From assembly GCA_002703375.1 (NCBI GenBank), contig NZTO01000006.1:1101-65100 (forward strand): DNA of 64,000 bases, written 5' to 3'. How positions within the stretch are numbered: position 1 is the first letter of the stretch; every line of letters begins with the position of its first letter. The DNA is from Fidelibacterota bacterium. Lineage in GTDB: Bacteria; Fidelibacterota; Marinisomatia; SCGC-AAA003-L08; GCA-002704045. The notes under the pieces were generated by a model. It did no database searches. It worked only from the letters and a program-made list of their open reading frames with translations, and had not been told where the DNA came from. The translations under genes and the position numbers were made by a program. Shown piece by piece: positions 1 to 9,028 of this stretch.

Positions 1-1098
1 GATTTATATGCTGAATTTTTAGATGTTTTTAATAAAAGTGCTATTCCATCATATTTGAAAAATACTTTTTTTATTGAAGGTGGAGCGTTGGCTGTTGAAA
101 ATGCTCTTAAGGTTGCTTTTGATTGGAAAACTAGAAAAAATAAGATGTCTAATATTCAAGTTGAGGCTTCTAGTATAATACATTTCAAAGAGGCATTTCA
201 TGGCAGGTCTGGTTATACAATGTCTTTAACAAATACTGATCCAGTCAAAGTAAAATACTTTCCTAAATTTGATTGGCCTAGAATTGTAAATCCTAAAATG
301 AAGTTTCCTTTAAATGATGATAACTTAACAGAAGTAAAAAGCCTTGAAAAATTAGCCGTTGAACAAATATATAATGCTATCAATGAAAATAAACATAAAG
401 TTGCAGCAATTATTATTGAGCCAATCCAGGGCGAGGGAGGAGATAACCATTTTAGATGTACGTTTTTTCAAAAATTACGAGATATATGTAATGAACATGA
501 TTTGTTATTAATTTATGATGAAGTTCAAACAGGTATTGGAATAACAGGAAAAATGTGGGCACATCAACATTTTACTCCTGATTTATGTGAATGTGACATA
601 AAAATAGAAACTGCACCAATACCGGACATAATCTCTTTTGGTAAAAAGACTCAAGTTTGTGGAATTTTAGCTGGAGATAGATTAGATCAAGTTGAAAATC
701 ATGCCTTTAAAAAATCAAGTAGAATTAATTCTACTTTCGGTGGTAATTTAGTTGATATGATAAGATTTAAACTTATTTTGGAAGTTATTGAAAAAGATAA
801 TTTAATTGATAATGCTTCAAAAATGGGTTCTTATTTATTGCAAAAAATTGATCACTTATCAAAAGAATTTCCTGGTTTCATCATAAATCCCAGAGGTCGT
901 GGTTTGTTTTGTGCCTTTGATCTTCCATCGACAATAGAACGTGATAACTTGTGGAATAATATGATGAAAAATAATTTATTAATATTGCCCTGTGGAACAG
1001 AATCTATCCGTTTTAGACCTCATTTGACAGTTAATAAGGATGAGATTGATACTGCTTTTAGTATTATTGAAAAATCTGTAAAATCTACACTTAAGTGA
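1..1098 (+). CDS. lat: Class-III PLP aminotransferase, L-lysine 6-transaminase-like (5' end cut by window edge)
   Basis: Frame 1 is open from nt 1, so the TTG at 55 is not the real start. FHGRSGYTMSLTNTDP..KYFPKFDWPRI and FGKKTQVCG match my memory of LAT-type aminotransferases. Confidence 0.7.
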   Translation, partial: DLYAEFLDVFNKSAIPSYLKNTFFIEGGALAVENALKVAFDWKTRKNKMSNIQVEASSIIHFKEAFHGRSGYTMSLTNTDPVKVKYFPKFDWPRIVNPKMKFPLNDDNLTEVKSLEKLAVEQIYNAINENKHKVAAIIIEPIQGEGGDNHFRCTFFQKLRDICNEHDLLLIYDEVQTGIGITGKMWAHQHFTPDLCECDIKIETAPIPDIISFGKKTQVCGILAGDRLDQVENHAFKKSSRINSTFGGNLVDMIRFKLILEVIEKDNLIDNASKMGSYLLQKIDHLSKEFPGFIINPRGRGLFCAFDLPSTIERDNLWNNMMKNNLLILPCGTESIRFRPHLTVNKDEIDTAFSIIEKSVKSTLK

Positions 1099-1778
1099 TA
1101 GGAAATCTTTACTTAATATCCACTCCTATTGGTAATCTAAAGGATATAACTTTAAGGTCAATTGAAACTTTAAAAAATGTAGACTTAATTGCAGCGGAAG
1201 ATACTAGACGATCTGGTAAATTATTAAAAGAATATGATGTGAATACTAAAATGATTTCATATTTTGAGCATAATGAAGAAATTAGGATCAAAGAAATTAT
1301 TGACAAATTAAAAAAAGGTTTTGATATAGCTCTTATTTCTGATGCAGGTACTCCTACCATAAGTGATCCTGGATATCGTTTAGTAAATGAAGTACATAAA
1401 AATGGTATAAAGATATCATCATTACCTGGACCAAGTTCTGTAATTAATGCTCTTTCTGTATCAGGATTGCCAACAGATCACTTTTATTTTGAGGGTTTTT
1501 TACCTAGAAAAAAAGGTAGGTTAACTAGATTTAAATTTCTATCTACTTTACCAGCAACTATAATTTTGTTTGAATCACCTTATAGATTAATAAAAACTTT
1601 GATGGATATTGAAAAATTTATGGGTCAACGAATCGTATCTGTTTGTAGGGAAATGACAAAAATTCATGAGGAGATATTTAGAGGATCTTTATGGAAAACA
1701 ATCAATCATTTTAAAAATAAAAAATCTATTAAAGGTGAAATTGTAATACTTATTGCGAAGGCTCAGTATGAAGATTAA
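1095..1778 (+). CDS. rsmI: 16S rRNA (cytidine1402-2'-O)-methyltransferase
   Basis: LYLISTPIGNLKDITLRSIETLKNVDLIAAEDTRRSGKLL and SDAGTPTISDPG are tetrapyrrole-methylase-fold RsmI motifs. GTGA overlap with the upstream stop. Confidence 0.85.
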   Translation: MIGNLYLISTPIGNLKDITLRSIETLKNVDLIAAEDTRRSGKLLKEYDVNTKMISYFEHNEEIRIKEIIDKLKKGFDIALISDAGTPTISDPGYRLVNEVHKNGIKISSLPGPSSVINALSVSGLPTDHFYFEGFLPRKKGRLTRFKFLSTLPATIILFESPYRLIKTLMDIEKFMGQRIVSVCREMTKIHEEIFRGSLWKTINHFKNKKSIKGEIVILIAKAQYED

Positions 1779-2385
1779 TAAATTTATATCTTTTGAAGGC
1801 ATAGATTCTTCAGGCAAAACAACTCAAATTAATATATTGAAAAAAAAATTAGAAGATTTAAATTTTAAAGTTTTAGTTTTAAGAGAACCTGGTGGGATAG
1901 ATGTTGCTGAATCCATAAGAGAAATAATTTTGAATAATGATTATAATATTTCTAGAGAATGTGAAATGCTTTTATTTCTATCTGCTAGAGCTGAATTAGT
2001 TGATAAGGTTATAAAACCTGCTTTACTTGATGATTCTTTTGTGATTTGTGATAGATTTGTGGATAGTACTTTAGCCTATCAAGGATATGGTAGGAAAATA
2101 GACTTAAATTTGATCAATAATTTAAATTCATTTGTAACTAAATCAATATTGCCATCAAAATCTTTTTTTTTAGATATTGATCCAACGTTAATGGATGAAA
2201 GACAAAATATTAATGATAATGATAGAATGGAAAATTCAGGAAAAATTTTTTTTAAAAATGTAAGAAATGGATATTTAGAAATATCAAAAAATGATAAAAG
2301 ATTTGTAAAAATTGATGCAAGTAAATCTATAGAACATATTTCAAAAGAAATATGGAATCAAATGAATATTTTTTTAGGAAACTAA
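1768..2385 (+). CDS. tmk: Thymidylate kinase
   Basis: MKINKFISFEGIDSSGKTTQ P-loop and DRFVDSTLAYQG. The ATG at 1768 is preferred over the ORF-track start at 1753. Confidence 0.9.
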   Translation: MKINKFISFEGIDSSGKTTQINILKKKLEDLNFKVLVLREPGGIDVAESIREIILNNDYNISRECEMLLFLSARAELVDKVIKPALLDDSFVICDRFVDSTLAYQGYGRKIDLNLINNLNSFVTKSILPSKSFFLDIDPTLMDERQNINDNDRMENSGKIFFKNVRNGYLEISKNDKRFVKIDASKSIEHISKEIWNQMNIFLGN

Positions 2386-2386
2386 T

Positions 2387-4096
2387 ATGAAACAAATTAT
2401 AACTATTATTTTTATTGCCTGTTTTTGTTATGGTAGTAATTCAAGCGAAGAGGCAATGTTAAATTTATTTGATGAAGCCTATTATAAACTCAAGGCCTCA
2501 TACGTTGATTCAATAAATTCAGAAGAGGTTATTAAGTCAGGAATTAAAGGTATGTTAATGCCTTTAGATCCCTATACAAAACTTTTAGTTGGAAGTAGTA
2601 AAGACAGATTAGAAATGCTTACAAAAGGTAAGTATGGTGGGGTTGGAATAAGTATTGGTTTTAGAAAAGATACACTTACTGTACTATCTCCAATGGAGAA
2701 TAGTCCTGCTTATAATGAAGGTATTTGGCCTGGAGATAAAATAATTCAAGTTGATAGCATTTCGACTATTGGTATGACAACTAGTGATGCAGCAGAAATT
2801 ATTAGAGGTGAGATGGGTTCTGAGGTAGTACTTCATATTTATAGACCTTCAGAAAAGAAAAAAATAAAGTTTACTTTAACTAGAGCAAGTATAAAAGTAA
2901 GAGATGTACCATATTATGGAATAGATGAAAATGGTATAGGTTACATTAGAGTTACTAGATTTTCAAGACATACAGCAAATGATTTCAGAAAAGGATTGAT
3001 GAAATTAAAAAAAGAAGATTTAAAAGGACTAGTGGTTGATTTAAGGGGTAATTCGGGTGGGTTATTAAGCAATGCAATTTCTATCTTAGACGAATTTGTT
3101 GAAAGAAATACATTACTATTATACACTAAAGGAAGAACTGATAAGAATAATAAACAATTTCGAGCTAGAAGGAATAAATCAATTTCCTCTGATATCCCAG
3201 TAGCAGTTTTAATAAATAAAGGTTCAGCTTCAGCTAGTGAAATAGTCTCTGGTGCATTGCAAGATTTAGATAGAGCAATAATTGTTGGAGATAAATCTTT
3301 TGGTAAAGGCTTAGTACAAAGTGTTTTTCCATTAAATGATACTTCAACTTTAAAAATTACAACTCAGAAATATTATATACCATCAGGAAGATTGATACAA
3401 AAAGAAGACTACTTAAAAAATGGAGTTTTAACTGATGGAAATAAAGATACTACCTTTAAAACTATTGGTGGAAGAAAAGTAAAAGGTGGTGGTGGTATTG
3501 AACCTGATGTTTTTATAGAAGCTGAAAAATTACCACCTTTAGTTCAAGCATTATGGAGAGATGGAGCTTTTTTAAATTTCTGTGCATCTTATGACAAAAG
3601 AAAGCTTATTTACGATAATGGCATACAAATAACAGATGAAATTTTAGATGATTTTTTAGTTTTTATAAAAGAAGATAGTATTGAATATAATGATTATGGA
3701 GAATTTTATTATAAAAAGTTATTGGCATCATTGGAAAAAAGAGAAGGAATGAATAATCTTAAAAGTAATTTTTTAGAAAAAATTCAATTTTGGAAGAAAA
3801 AGAAAACATATTTAGATATATTATCTAATGAATTTGATGTATATTATGAAGATAGGAAAAATAACCCTTACAAAGACAAAATTAATAAAAAATGGATTAT
3901 CAATGGTCTTGAAAGGGAATTTTCAAGAGTTATATGTGGAACAAGTTTTGACTGCTATAATGAAAATACAGGCTCTCAGGAAAGAATTAGAGTTTCACTA
4001 TTTGACGATATTATTTATAATGAAACGACAAAAATATTATTAGATTTAAATAAATACTATGATATTTTGTCTCCTGAAAAAAAACAGGTCGATTAG
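2387..4096 (+). CDS. S41 family C-terminal processing peptidase with signal peptide and about 200-aa C-terminal extension
   Basis: PDZ-like GGVGISIG...PAYNEGIWPGDKII, catalytic-region GNSGGLL and SASASEI..FGKGLVQ. Hydrophobic N-terminus. Confidence 0.8.
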   Translation: MKQIITIIFIACFCYGSNSSEEAMLNLFDEAYYKLKASYVDSINSEEVIKSGIKGMLMPLDPYTKLLVGSSKDRLEMLTKGKYGGVGISIGFRKDTLTVLSPMENSPAYNEGIWPGDKIIQVDSISTIGMTTSDAAEIIRGEMGSEVVLHIYRPSEKKKIKFTLTRASIKVRDVPYYGIDENGIGYIRVTRFSRHTANDFRKGLMKLKKEDLKGLVVDLRGNSGGLLSNAISILDEFVERNTLLLYTKGRTDKNNKQFRARRNKSISSDIPVAVLINKGSASASEIVSGALQDLDRAIIVGDKSFGKGLVQSVFPLNDTSTLKITTQKYYIPSGRLIQKEDYLKNGVLTDGNKDTTFKTIGGRKVKGGGGIEPDVFIEAEKLPPLVQALWRDGAFLNFCASYDKRKLIYDNGIQITDEILDDFLVFIKEDSIEYNDYGEFYYKKLLASLEKREGMNNLKSNFLEKIQFWKKKKTYLDILSNEFDVYYEDRKNNPYKDKINKKWIINGLEREFSRVICGTSFDCYNENTGSQERIRVSLFDDIIYNETTKILLDLNKYYDILSPEKKQVD

Positions 4097-4160
4097 CTCA
4101 GTTGGTTAGAGTGTCACGTTGACATCGTGGAGGTCATTGGTTCGATTCCAATATCGACCA
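4087..4160 (+). tRNA. tRNA-Val (anticodon GAC)
   Basis: Hand-folded cloverleaf. Acceptor ggtcgat/atcgacc, anticodon stem tcacg/cgtgg, loop ttGACat, T-arm attgg-ttcgatt-ccaat. 74 nt, no encoded CCA. Confidence 0.9.
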
Positions 4161-4245
4161 CAATTATTTTTTAAATAAATATTTAGATTAATTATAATAA
4201 TATTATTAATATAGCGATCTATAATTCATAGTATATTTTTTAACT

Positions 4246-4252
4246 AAGGAGG
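4246..4252 (+). promoter_or_regulatory. Shine-Dalgarno (AAGGAGG) for infC
   Basis: Perfect SD 6 nt upstream of an in-frame ATA codon at 4259. The reading frame is closed by TAA at 4241. Confidence 0.6.
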
Positions 4253-4258
4253 TTCGAT

Positions 4259-4780
4259 ATACGACATAAGAAAAAAAGTGATAGTACAAGAATAAATGAA
4301 CAAATAACAGCGGAATCAGTTAGATTGATTGATAACCGTGGACAACAGCTAGGTATACATATAATTGAGAAAGCTGTTGAAAAAGCAAACAGTCTGGATC
4401 TTGATCTGGTTGAAATTGTTCCTAATGCAAAGCCTCCTGTTTGTAAGATTATGGATTATGGTAAGTACTTATATGAGCAACAAAGAGAAAAAAAGAAGTT
4501 AAAGAAAAAACAACATGTTATTCATGTTAAAGAAATCCGTTTGAGACCTGCTATCAGCGATCATGACCTTTTAACTAAGCTTACAAAAGCTAAAAATTTT
4601 TTAGAAGATGGATGTAAAGTTAAGTTGACAGTTATGTTCCGAGGAAGAGAGCGTTACAGAATGGATATTGGAAGAGACCTTTTAGATAGAGTAGTAGAGG
4701 TTTTGGATGAAATAGCCAAAATTGAAAAGGCGCCAGATGTTGAGTCTAATAGAATGACATTAATAATGGCACCTAAGTAA
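4259..4780 (+). CDS. infC: Translation initiation factor IF-3, probable non-canonical AUA start
   Basis: INEQITAESVRLIDNRGQQLG and PPVCKIMDYGKYLYEQ are IF-3 motifs. The conserved N-terminal region lies upstream of the TTG listed at 4325. Confidence 0.8.
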   Translation: MRHKKKSDSTRINEQITAESVRLIDNRGQQLGIHIIEKAVEKANSLDLDLVEIVPNAKPPVCKIMDYGKYLYEQQREKKKLKKKQHVIHVKEIRLRPAISDHDLLTKLTKAKNFLEDGCKVKLTVMFRGRERYRMDIGRDLLDRVVEVLDEIAKIEKAPDVESNRMTLIMAPK

Positions 4781-4791
4781 GGAGTTATGAT

Positions 4792-4986
4792 ATGCCTAAA
4801 ATGAAAACAAGAAAATCTGCAGCAAAAAGATTTAAAAAAACTGGTTCTGGAAAGATCAAGCATAATAAAACAGGCGCTAGACATTTTATGTCAAGAAAAA
4901 AGCCTACTAGAAAAAGAAGATTACGAAAAACCAGTACTTTAGCAGGTGGAATACACAAACGTACCAAAAAAATGATAATTAAATAA
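4792..4986 (+). CDS. rpmI: 50S ribosomal protein L35
   Basis: MPKMKTRKSAAKRFKKTGSGKIKH. Conserved infC-rpmI-rplT order. Confidence 0.95.
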   Translation: MPKMKTRKSAAKRFKKTGSGKIKHNKTGARHFMSRKKPTRKRRLRKTSTLAGGIHKRTKKMIIK

Positions 4987-4996
4987 GGAAACTGAA

Positions 4997-5344
4997 ATGC
5001 CAAGATCAAATAGCTCAGTCCCAAGACATAGAAAACATAGAAAACTTGTTAAACAAGCAAAAGGATATTTTGGAACAAGAAAATCAAATTATCGAACTGT
5101 AAAAGATGCTTTAGCAAAAGCTTGGAGTTATGCATACAGAGATAGAAGACAAAAGAAAAGAAATTTTAGAAGATTGTGGATAACAAGAATTAACGCTGCT
5201 GTAAGACTGCATAATTTAAATTATTCTAGTTTTATTTCAAAAATGAATGAAAAAAACATTCAATTAGATAGAAAATCTTTAGCCCACATAGCTCTACATG
5301 ATCCAGAAGGATTTGGAGCCATCATTAAGGCTATTTCTAAATAA
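4997..5344 (+). CDS. rplT: 50S ribosomal protein L20
   Basis: MPRSNSSVPRHRKHRKLVKQAKGYFG...AYRDRRQKKRNFRRLWITRINAA. Confidence 0.95.
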   Translation: MPRSNSSVPRHRKHRKLVKQAKGYFGTRKSNYRTVKDALAKAWSYAYRDRRQKKRNFRRLWITRINAAVRLHNLNYSSFISKMNEKNIQLDRKSLAHIALHDPEGFGAIIKAISK

Positions 5345-5347
5345 TTT

Positions 5348-6364
5348 GTGTCAATAAAAGACCAAACTAAACAATTAAAAAAAGAATTTTTAGAGCAGTT
5401 AGATAATTGTTCTTCTCTGTTAGATTCTCAAAATATTAAGAATGACTATTTAGGTAGAAGGGGTAAGCTATCTCAGTTATATTCGAAGCTACAAAGCTTA
5501 CCAAAAAATGAAAAAGCTTCTGTTGGAAAAGAAATTAATGATATAAAAATATTTTTTTCTCAAAAAATAGAATCGTTAGTTTCTTCTTACATTGAAAAAA
5601 AATCTGTTTCAAACAAAAAAGATTTTACTTTACCTGGAGATCCTCAACCCTTGGGTTCTATTCATCCTATTACTTTGGTATCTGAACAAATTAAAGATAT
5701 ATTTTCTAAGTTAGGTTTTTCTCTTGCTTACGGACCTGAAGTAGATACTGAATTTTATAATTTTGATGCACTTAACATTAAGGATGATCATCCTGCAAGA
5801 GATATGCAAGATACATTTTATATTGAGCCTGGAGTAGTATTAAGAACTCATACATCGAATACTCAAATTCATACTATGCTTAAAAAAGATCCACCAATTA
5901 AAATTATTGCTCCTGGACGCGTATATAGAAATGAAGATATTAGCGTTAGAAGTTATTGTCTTTTTCATCAAATTGAGGGCCTGTACATTGATAAAAACGT
6001 AACATTTGGTGATCTAAAAGGACTTTTAAATTATTTTGCTAAAGAGTTTTTTGGTAAAAATGTTAAAACCAGATTTAGACCTAGTTTTTTCCCTTTTACT
6101 GAACCAAGTGCAGAAATGGATATATATTGGGGTTTGGATTCAGAAAGTGATTACAGGATAACCAAAGGAACTGGATGGTTAGAAATCTTAGGTTGTGGCA
6201 TGGTTGATCCTGAAGTTTTTAAATCAGTAAAAATAGATTCTGAAAAATGGACAGGTTATGCATTCGGAATGGGTATTGAAAGAATGGCTATGTTAAAATA
6301 TGGAATTCATGATATCAGATTATTTTATGAAGGTGACATAAGAGTATTAAGGCAATTTAAATGA
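5348..6364 (+). CDS. pheS: Phenylalanine--tRNA ligase alpha subunit
   Basis: HPARDMQDTFY, RTHTSNTQ, FRPSFFPFTEPSAEMD and GMGIERMAML are class II aaRS PheS motifs. GTG start. Confidence 0.95.
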   Translation: MSIKDQTKQLKKEFLEQLDNCSSLLDSQNIKNDYLGRRGKLSQLYSKLQSLPKNEKASVGKEINDIKIFFSQKIESLVSSYIEKKSVSNKKDFTLPGDPQPLGSIHPITLVSEQIKDIFSKLGFSLAYGPEVDTEFYNFDALNIKDDHPARDMQDTFYIEPGVVLRTHTSNTQIHTMLKKDPPIKIIAPGRVYRNEDISVRSYCLFHQIEGLYIDKNVTFGDLKGLLNYFAKEFFGKNVKTRFRPSFFPFTEPSAEMDIYWGLDSESDYRITKGTGWLEILGCGMVDPEVFKSVKIDSEKWTGYAFGMGIERMAMLKYGIHDIRLFYEGDIRVLRQFK

Positions 6365-8727
6365 TTATATCAAAAAACTGGTTAGAGGATCACATTGACA
6401 TTAATTTAGATGATAGTATAATAGAATCTAGTTTAACAGCTTTAGGATTAGAATGTACCATTAAAAAAGAAGATATATCATATAAAGATGTATATATAGG
6501 AAGAATTATAAATGTTTCTAAGCATCAAAATGCTGATAAGTTATCTGTTTGTGATGTAGATATAGGTAATGATCAAAAGTTAAATATAGTGTGTGGAGCT
6601 CCAAATGTAATAAAGAATGCTAAAGTTGCTGTTGCCGTTGTTGGATCTTCTTTAAATAAAGGTAATTTTTTAGTAAAAAAAACAAAAATTAGAGGTGTAT
6701 TGTCAGAAGGAATGCTTTGCTCAGAAAAAGAATTAGATCTATCATCAAATCATGATGGTATAATGATTCTTCCAGAAGATTGCAAAGTTGGAACAAAACT
6801 AGATGATCATTTTAATACTAAAAATGATACCATCTTTGAATTAGACTTAACACCAAATAGAGGTGACTGTTTAAGTCATTTAGGTGTTGCCAGAGAATTA
6901 GCAACATTAAATAATTTTACAATTAAAGAAACAGAAACATCATTTAACAAAGATTTCGAATATGACGAAGAATGTACTATTAATATTAGTAATGCTGAGG
7001 CGTGTTATAGATATTCATCGAGAATTATTAAAGGTATAAAAGTTGAGGAGTCTCCAGAATGGCTGAAGAAAAAACTTATATCAATCGGTCAAAAACCAAT
7101 AAATAATATTGTTGATACAGCAAACTACATAATGTTTGATACTGGTCATCCCTTGCATACATTTGATTTAAAAAAAATAGATGGTAATTGTATTAATGTT
7201 AGGTATGCTGAGAAAAATGAAAAGATTACATTGTTGGATGATAAAACATATGATTTAAATATATCTAATCTAGTTATTGCAGATGACAAAAAACCCATAG
7301 CATTAGCTGGAGTAATGGGTGATAATAAAAGTGGTATATCTGATTCTACAGTTGATTTACTTATTGAAAGTGCTTATTTCAAGCCAGAAATAATTAGAAA
7401 ATCGGCTAAAAGTATGGGTTTAATGACAGAATCGTCCAAACGATTTGAAAGAGATACTGATATAGAATCATTAATCCGAAGTTTAGATAAATTTTGTCAA
7501 ATAATAAATACCATTTGCAAACCAAAAAGTATATCTGATTTAAAAGATTTGTATTTGAAGAAAAAAAATAATGTGATTGTAAATTTTAATATTGCAAAAT
7601 GTAATCGTTTTTTGGGCACCTCAATAAAAGATAAAGAAGCAAATAACATTTTCAAAAAATTGAATATAACATTAGAAAAAAATAATGAATATAAAATTCC
7701 AAGCTATAGAAACGATTTAACTAGAGATGTAGATTTATATGAAGAAATTGCTAGAATTTTTGGATATGACAATATACCATCTAATAACACTTTTAATGCT
7801 AATTATTCTTCTTTTGATAAAGATGAATTATCTCTCATTAAAAAAATAAAATTTTATCTCATGTCTAATGGTTTTTATGAACACTATTCTAATAGTTTGG
7901 TAGATCATAATAATGACATAATTTTTTCTGATTTTAATCAAGTTAAAATTTCTAACCCATTGAGCAATAAAATGCAATATTTAAGAAGTACATTAATTCC
8001 TGGTTTAATAAATGCAATTTCTTTTAATTTAAATCGTAAACAAGAAAATTTCAAACTATTTGAGAGCGGTGTAATTCATAAATATGTTAAGAATGTTGAA
8101 ACTAAATCAATAGAAAAACAATCCATAACTTTAGCTTTTGTGCCAGGTAATTTCAAACATTGGAAGAAAAACTGTAGCAATGATTTTTTTACTGTTAAAG
8201 GAGAAATAATAAAATTTCTCAAATATTTAAGATTTGATAAGATTACTTTCAAAGATAAAAAATATAAAGGTTTTATTCATTCATTTTCAATAAATGTTAA
8301 TAATGTAAATATTGGCTATTTTGGAGAAGTTGACAATTCATTAATTAAACATTATAAAATTAAAAATAAATTATATTTTGCTGATTTTTCTTATGAAAAG
8401 TTAAACAGTTTACAAAATGATAAAATAAATTTTTTAGTTCCTAATGTATACCCATCAATTTCAAGAGATATCGCAATAGAAGTAGATAGTTATGTAGAAT
8501 CACAATCCATAGAAAATACTATAACTTCGAAAGGTGGTGATCTATTAAAAAATGTATTTTTATTTGATGTATACCAGGATAAAAAAATGGGAGACTCCAA
8601 GAAGAGCCTGGCTTACAAAATAACATTTCAAGCAAATAATAGAACGTTATTAGACAACGAAATAGATGATATAATGGTTATTATAATGGAATCTTTAAAA
8701 GATACTTATAATATTAAGCAGAGATAA
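6361..8727 (+). CDS. pheT: Phenylalanine--tRNA ligase beta subunit
   Basis: MIISKNWLEDHIDI N-terminus, tRNA-binding OB domain (KIRGVLSEGMLCSEKEL), B3/4 and B5 regions. ATGA overlap with pheS. Confidence 0.95.
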   Translation: MIISKNWLEDHIDINLDDSIIESSLTALGLECTIKKEDISYKDVYIGRIINVSKHQNADKLSVCDVDIGNDQKLNIVCGAPNVIKNAKVAVAVVGSSLNKGNFLVKKTKIRGVLSEGMLCSEKELDLSSNHDGIMILPEDCKVGTKLDDHFNTKNDTIFELDLTPNRGDCLSHLGVARELATLNNFTIKETETSFNKDFEYDEECTINISNAEACYRYSSRIIKGIKVEESPEWLKKKLISIGQKPINNIVDTANYIMFDTGHPLHTFDLKKIDGNCINVRYAEKNEKITLLDDKTYDLNISNLVIADDKKPIALAGVMGDNKSGISDSTVDLLIESAYFKPEIIRKSAKSMGLMTESSKRFERDTDIESLIRSLDKFCQIINTICKPKSISDLKDLYLKKKNNVIVNFNIAKCNRFLGTSIKDKEANNIFKKLNITLEKNNEYKIPSYRNDLTRDVDLYEEIARIFGYDNIPSNNTFNANYSSFDKDELSLIKKIKFYLMSNGFYEHYSNSLVDHNNDIIFSDFNQVKISNPLSNKMQYLRSTLIPGLINAISFNLNRKQENFKLFESGVIHKYVKNVETKSIEKQSITLAFVPGNFKHWKKNCSNDFFTVKGEIIKFLKYLRFDKITFKDKKYKGFIHSFSINVNNVNIGYFGEVDNSLIKHYKIKNKLYFADFSYEKLNSLQNDKINFLVPNVYPSISRDIAIEVDSYVESQSIENTITSKGGDLLKNVFLFDVYQDKKMGDSKKSLAYKITFQANNRTLLDNEIDDIMVIIMESLKDTYNIKQR

Positions 8728-8728
8728 A

Positions 8729-9028
8729 ATGTCAAAAAATAATTTAATTAAAGTCACAATAATGGATCAAGAGTATACAGTTAATACCACTGCTTCTCCA
8801 GAATATATAGAAAAACTTTCTATTTTTCTTAATGATAAAATGTCTGAAATAAAAGAATCTGGTATTGAAAAAGATTCACAGCTAAGAATAGCAGTTTTAG
8901 CTGCGATGAATATTGCCGATGAATTCTTTCAAATTAAAGATAAAAATCTAAAGACCATAAACGAAATTGAAGATAAAACAAGACTATTATTAAGTAAAAT
9001 TAACAATGACCTTAATAAAAATCAATGA
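8729..9028 (+). CDS. zapA: Cell division protein ZapA
   Basis: 99 aa. VTIMDQEYTVNT...PEYIEKLSIFLNDKMSEIKE...LRIAVLAAMNIADEF pattern typical of ZapA. Confidence 0.65.
   Translation: MSKNNLIKVTIMDQEYTVNTTASPEYIEKLSIFLNDKMSEIKESGIEKDSQLRIAVLAAMNIADEFFQIKDKNLKTINEIEDKTRLLLSKINNDLNKNQ

Noticed and set aside
2163-2171. Homopolymer tracts as possible phase-variation switches: the 9-T run in tmk, the 10-A run at 9999-10008, and others
   Set aside because: Such runs are expected at this AT content. The coding ones are in frame within essential genes, and none sits at the 5' end of a surface-protein gene in a way that suggests slipped-strand regulation.
3828-4043. 71-aa same-strand ORF nested in the peptidase gene, and 45334-45528 nested in the GATase gene
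   Set aside because: They are out-of-frame internal ORFs with no SD and low-complexity products. The host frames carry the recognisable motifs.
4654-5024. Two antisense ORFs (76 and 79 aa) opposite infC, rpmI and rplT
   Set aside because: They mirror Lys/Arg-rich sense codons (AAA/AAG/AGA read as TTT/CTT/TCT), which gives stop-free, Phe/Leu/Ser-rich antisense frames. They have no SD and no sensible protein features.
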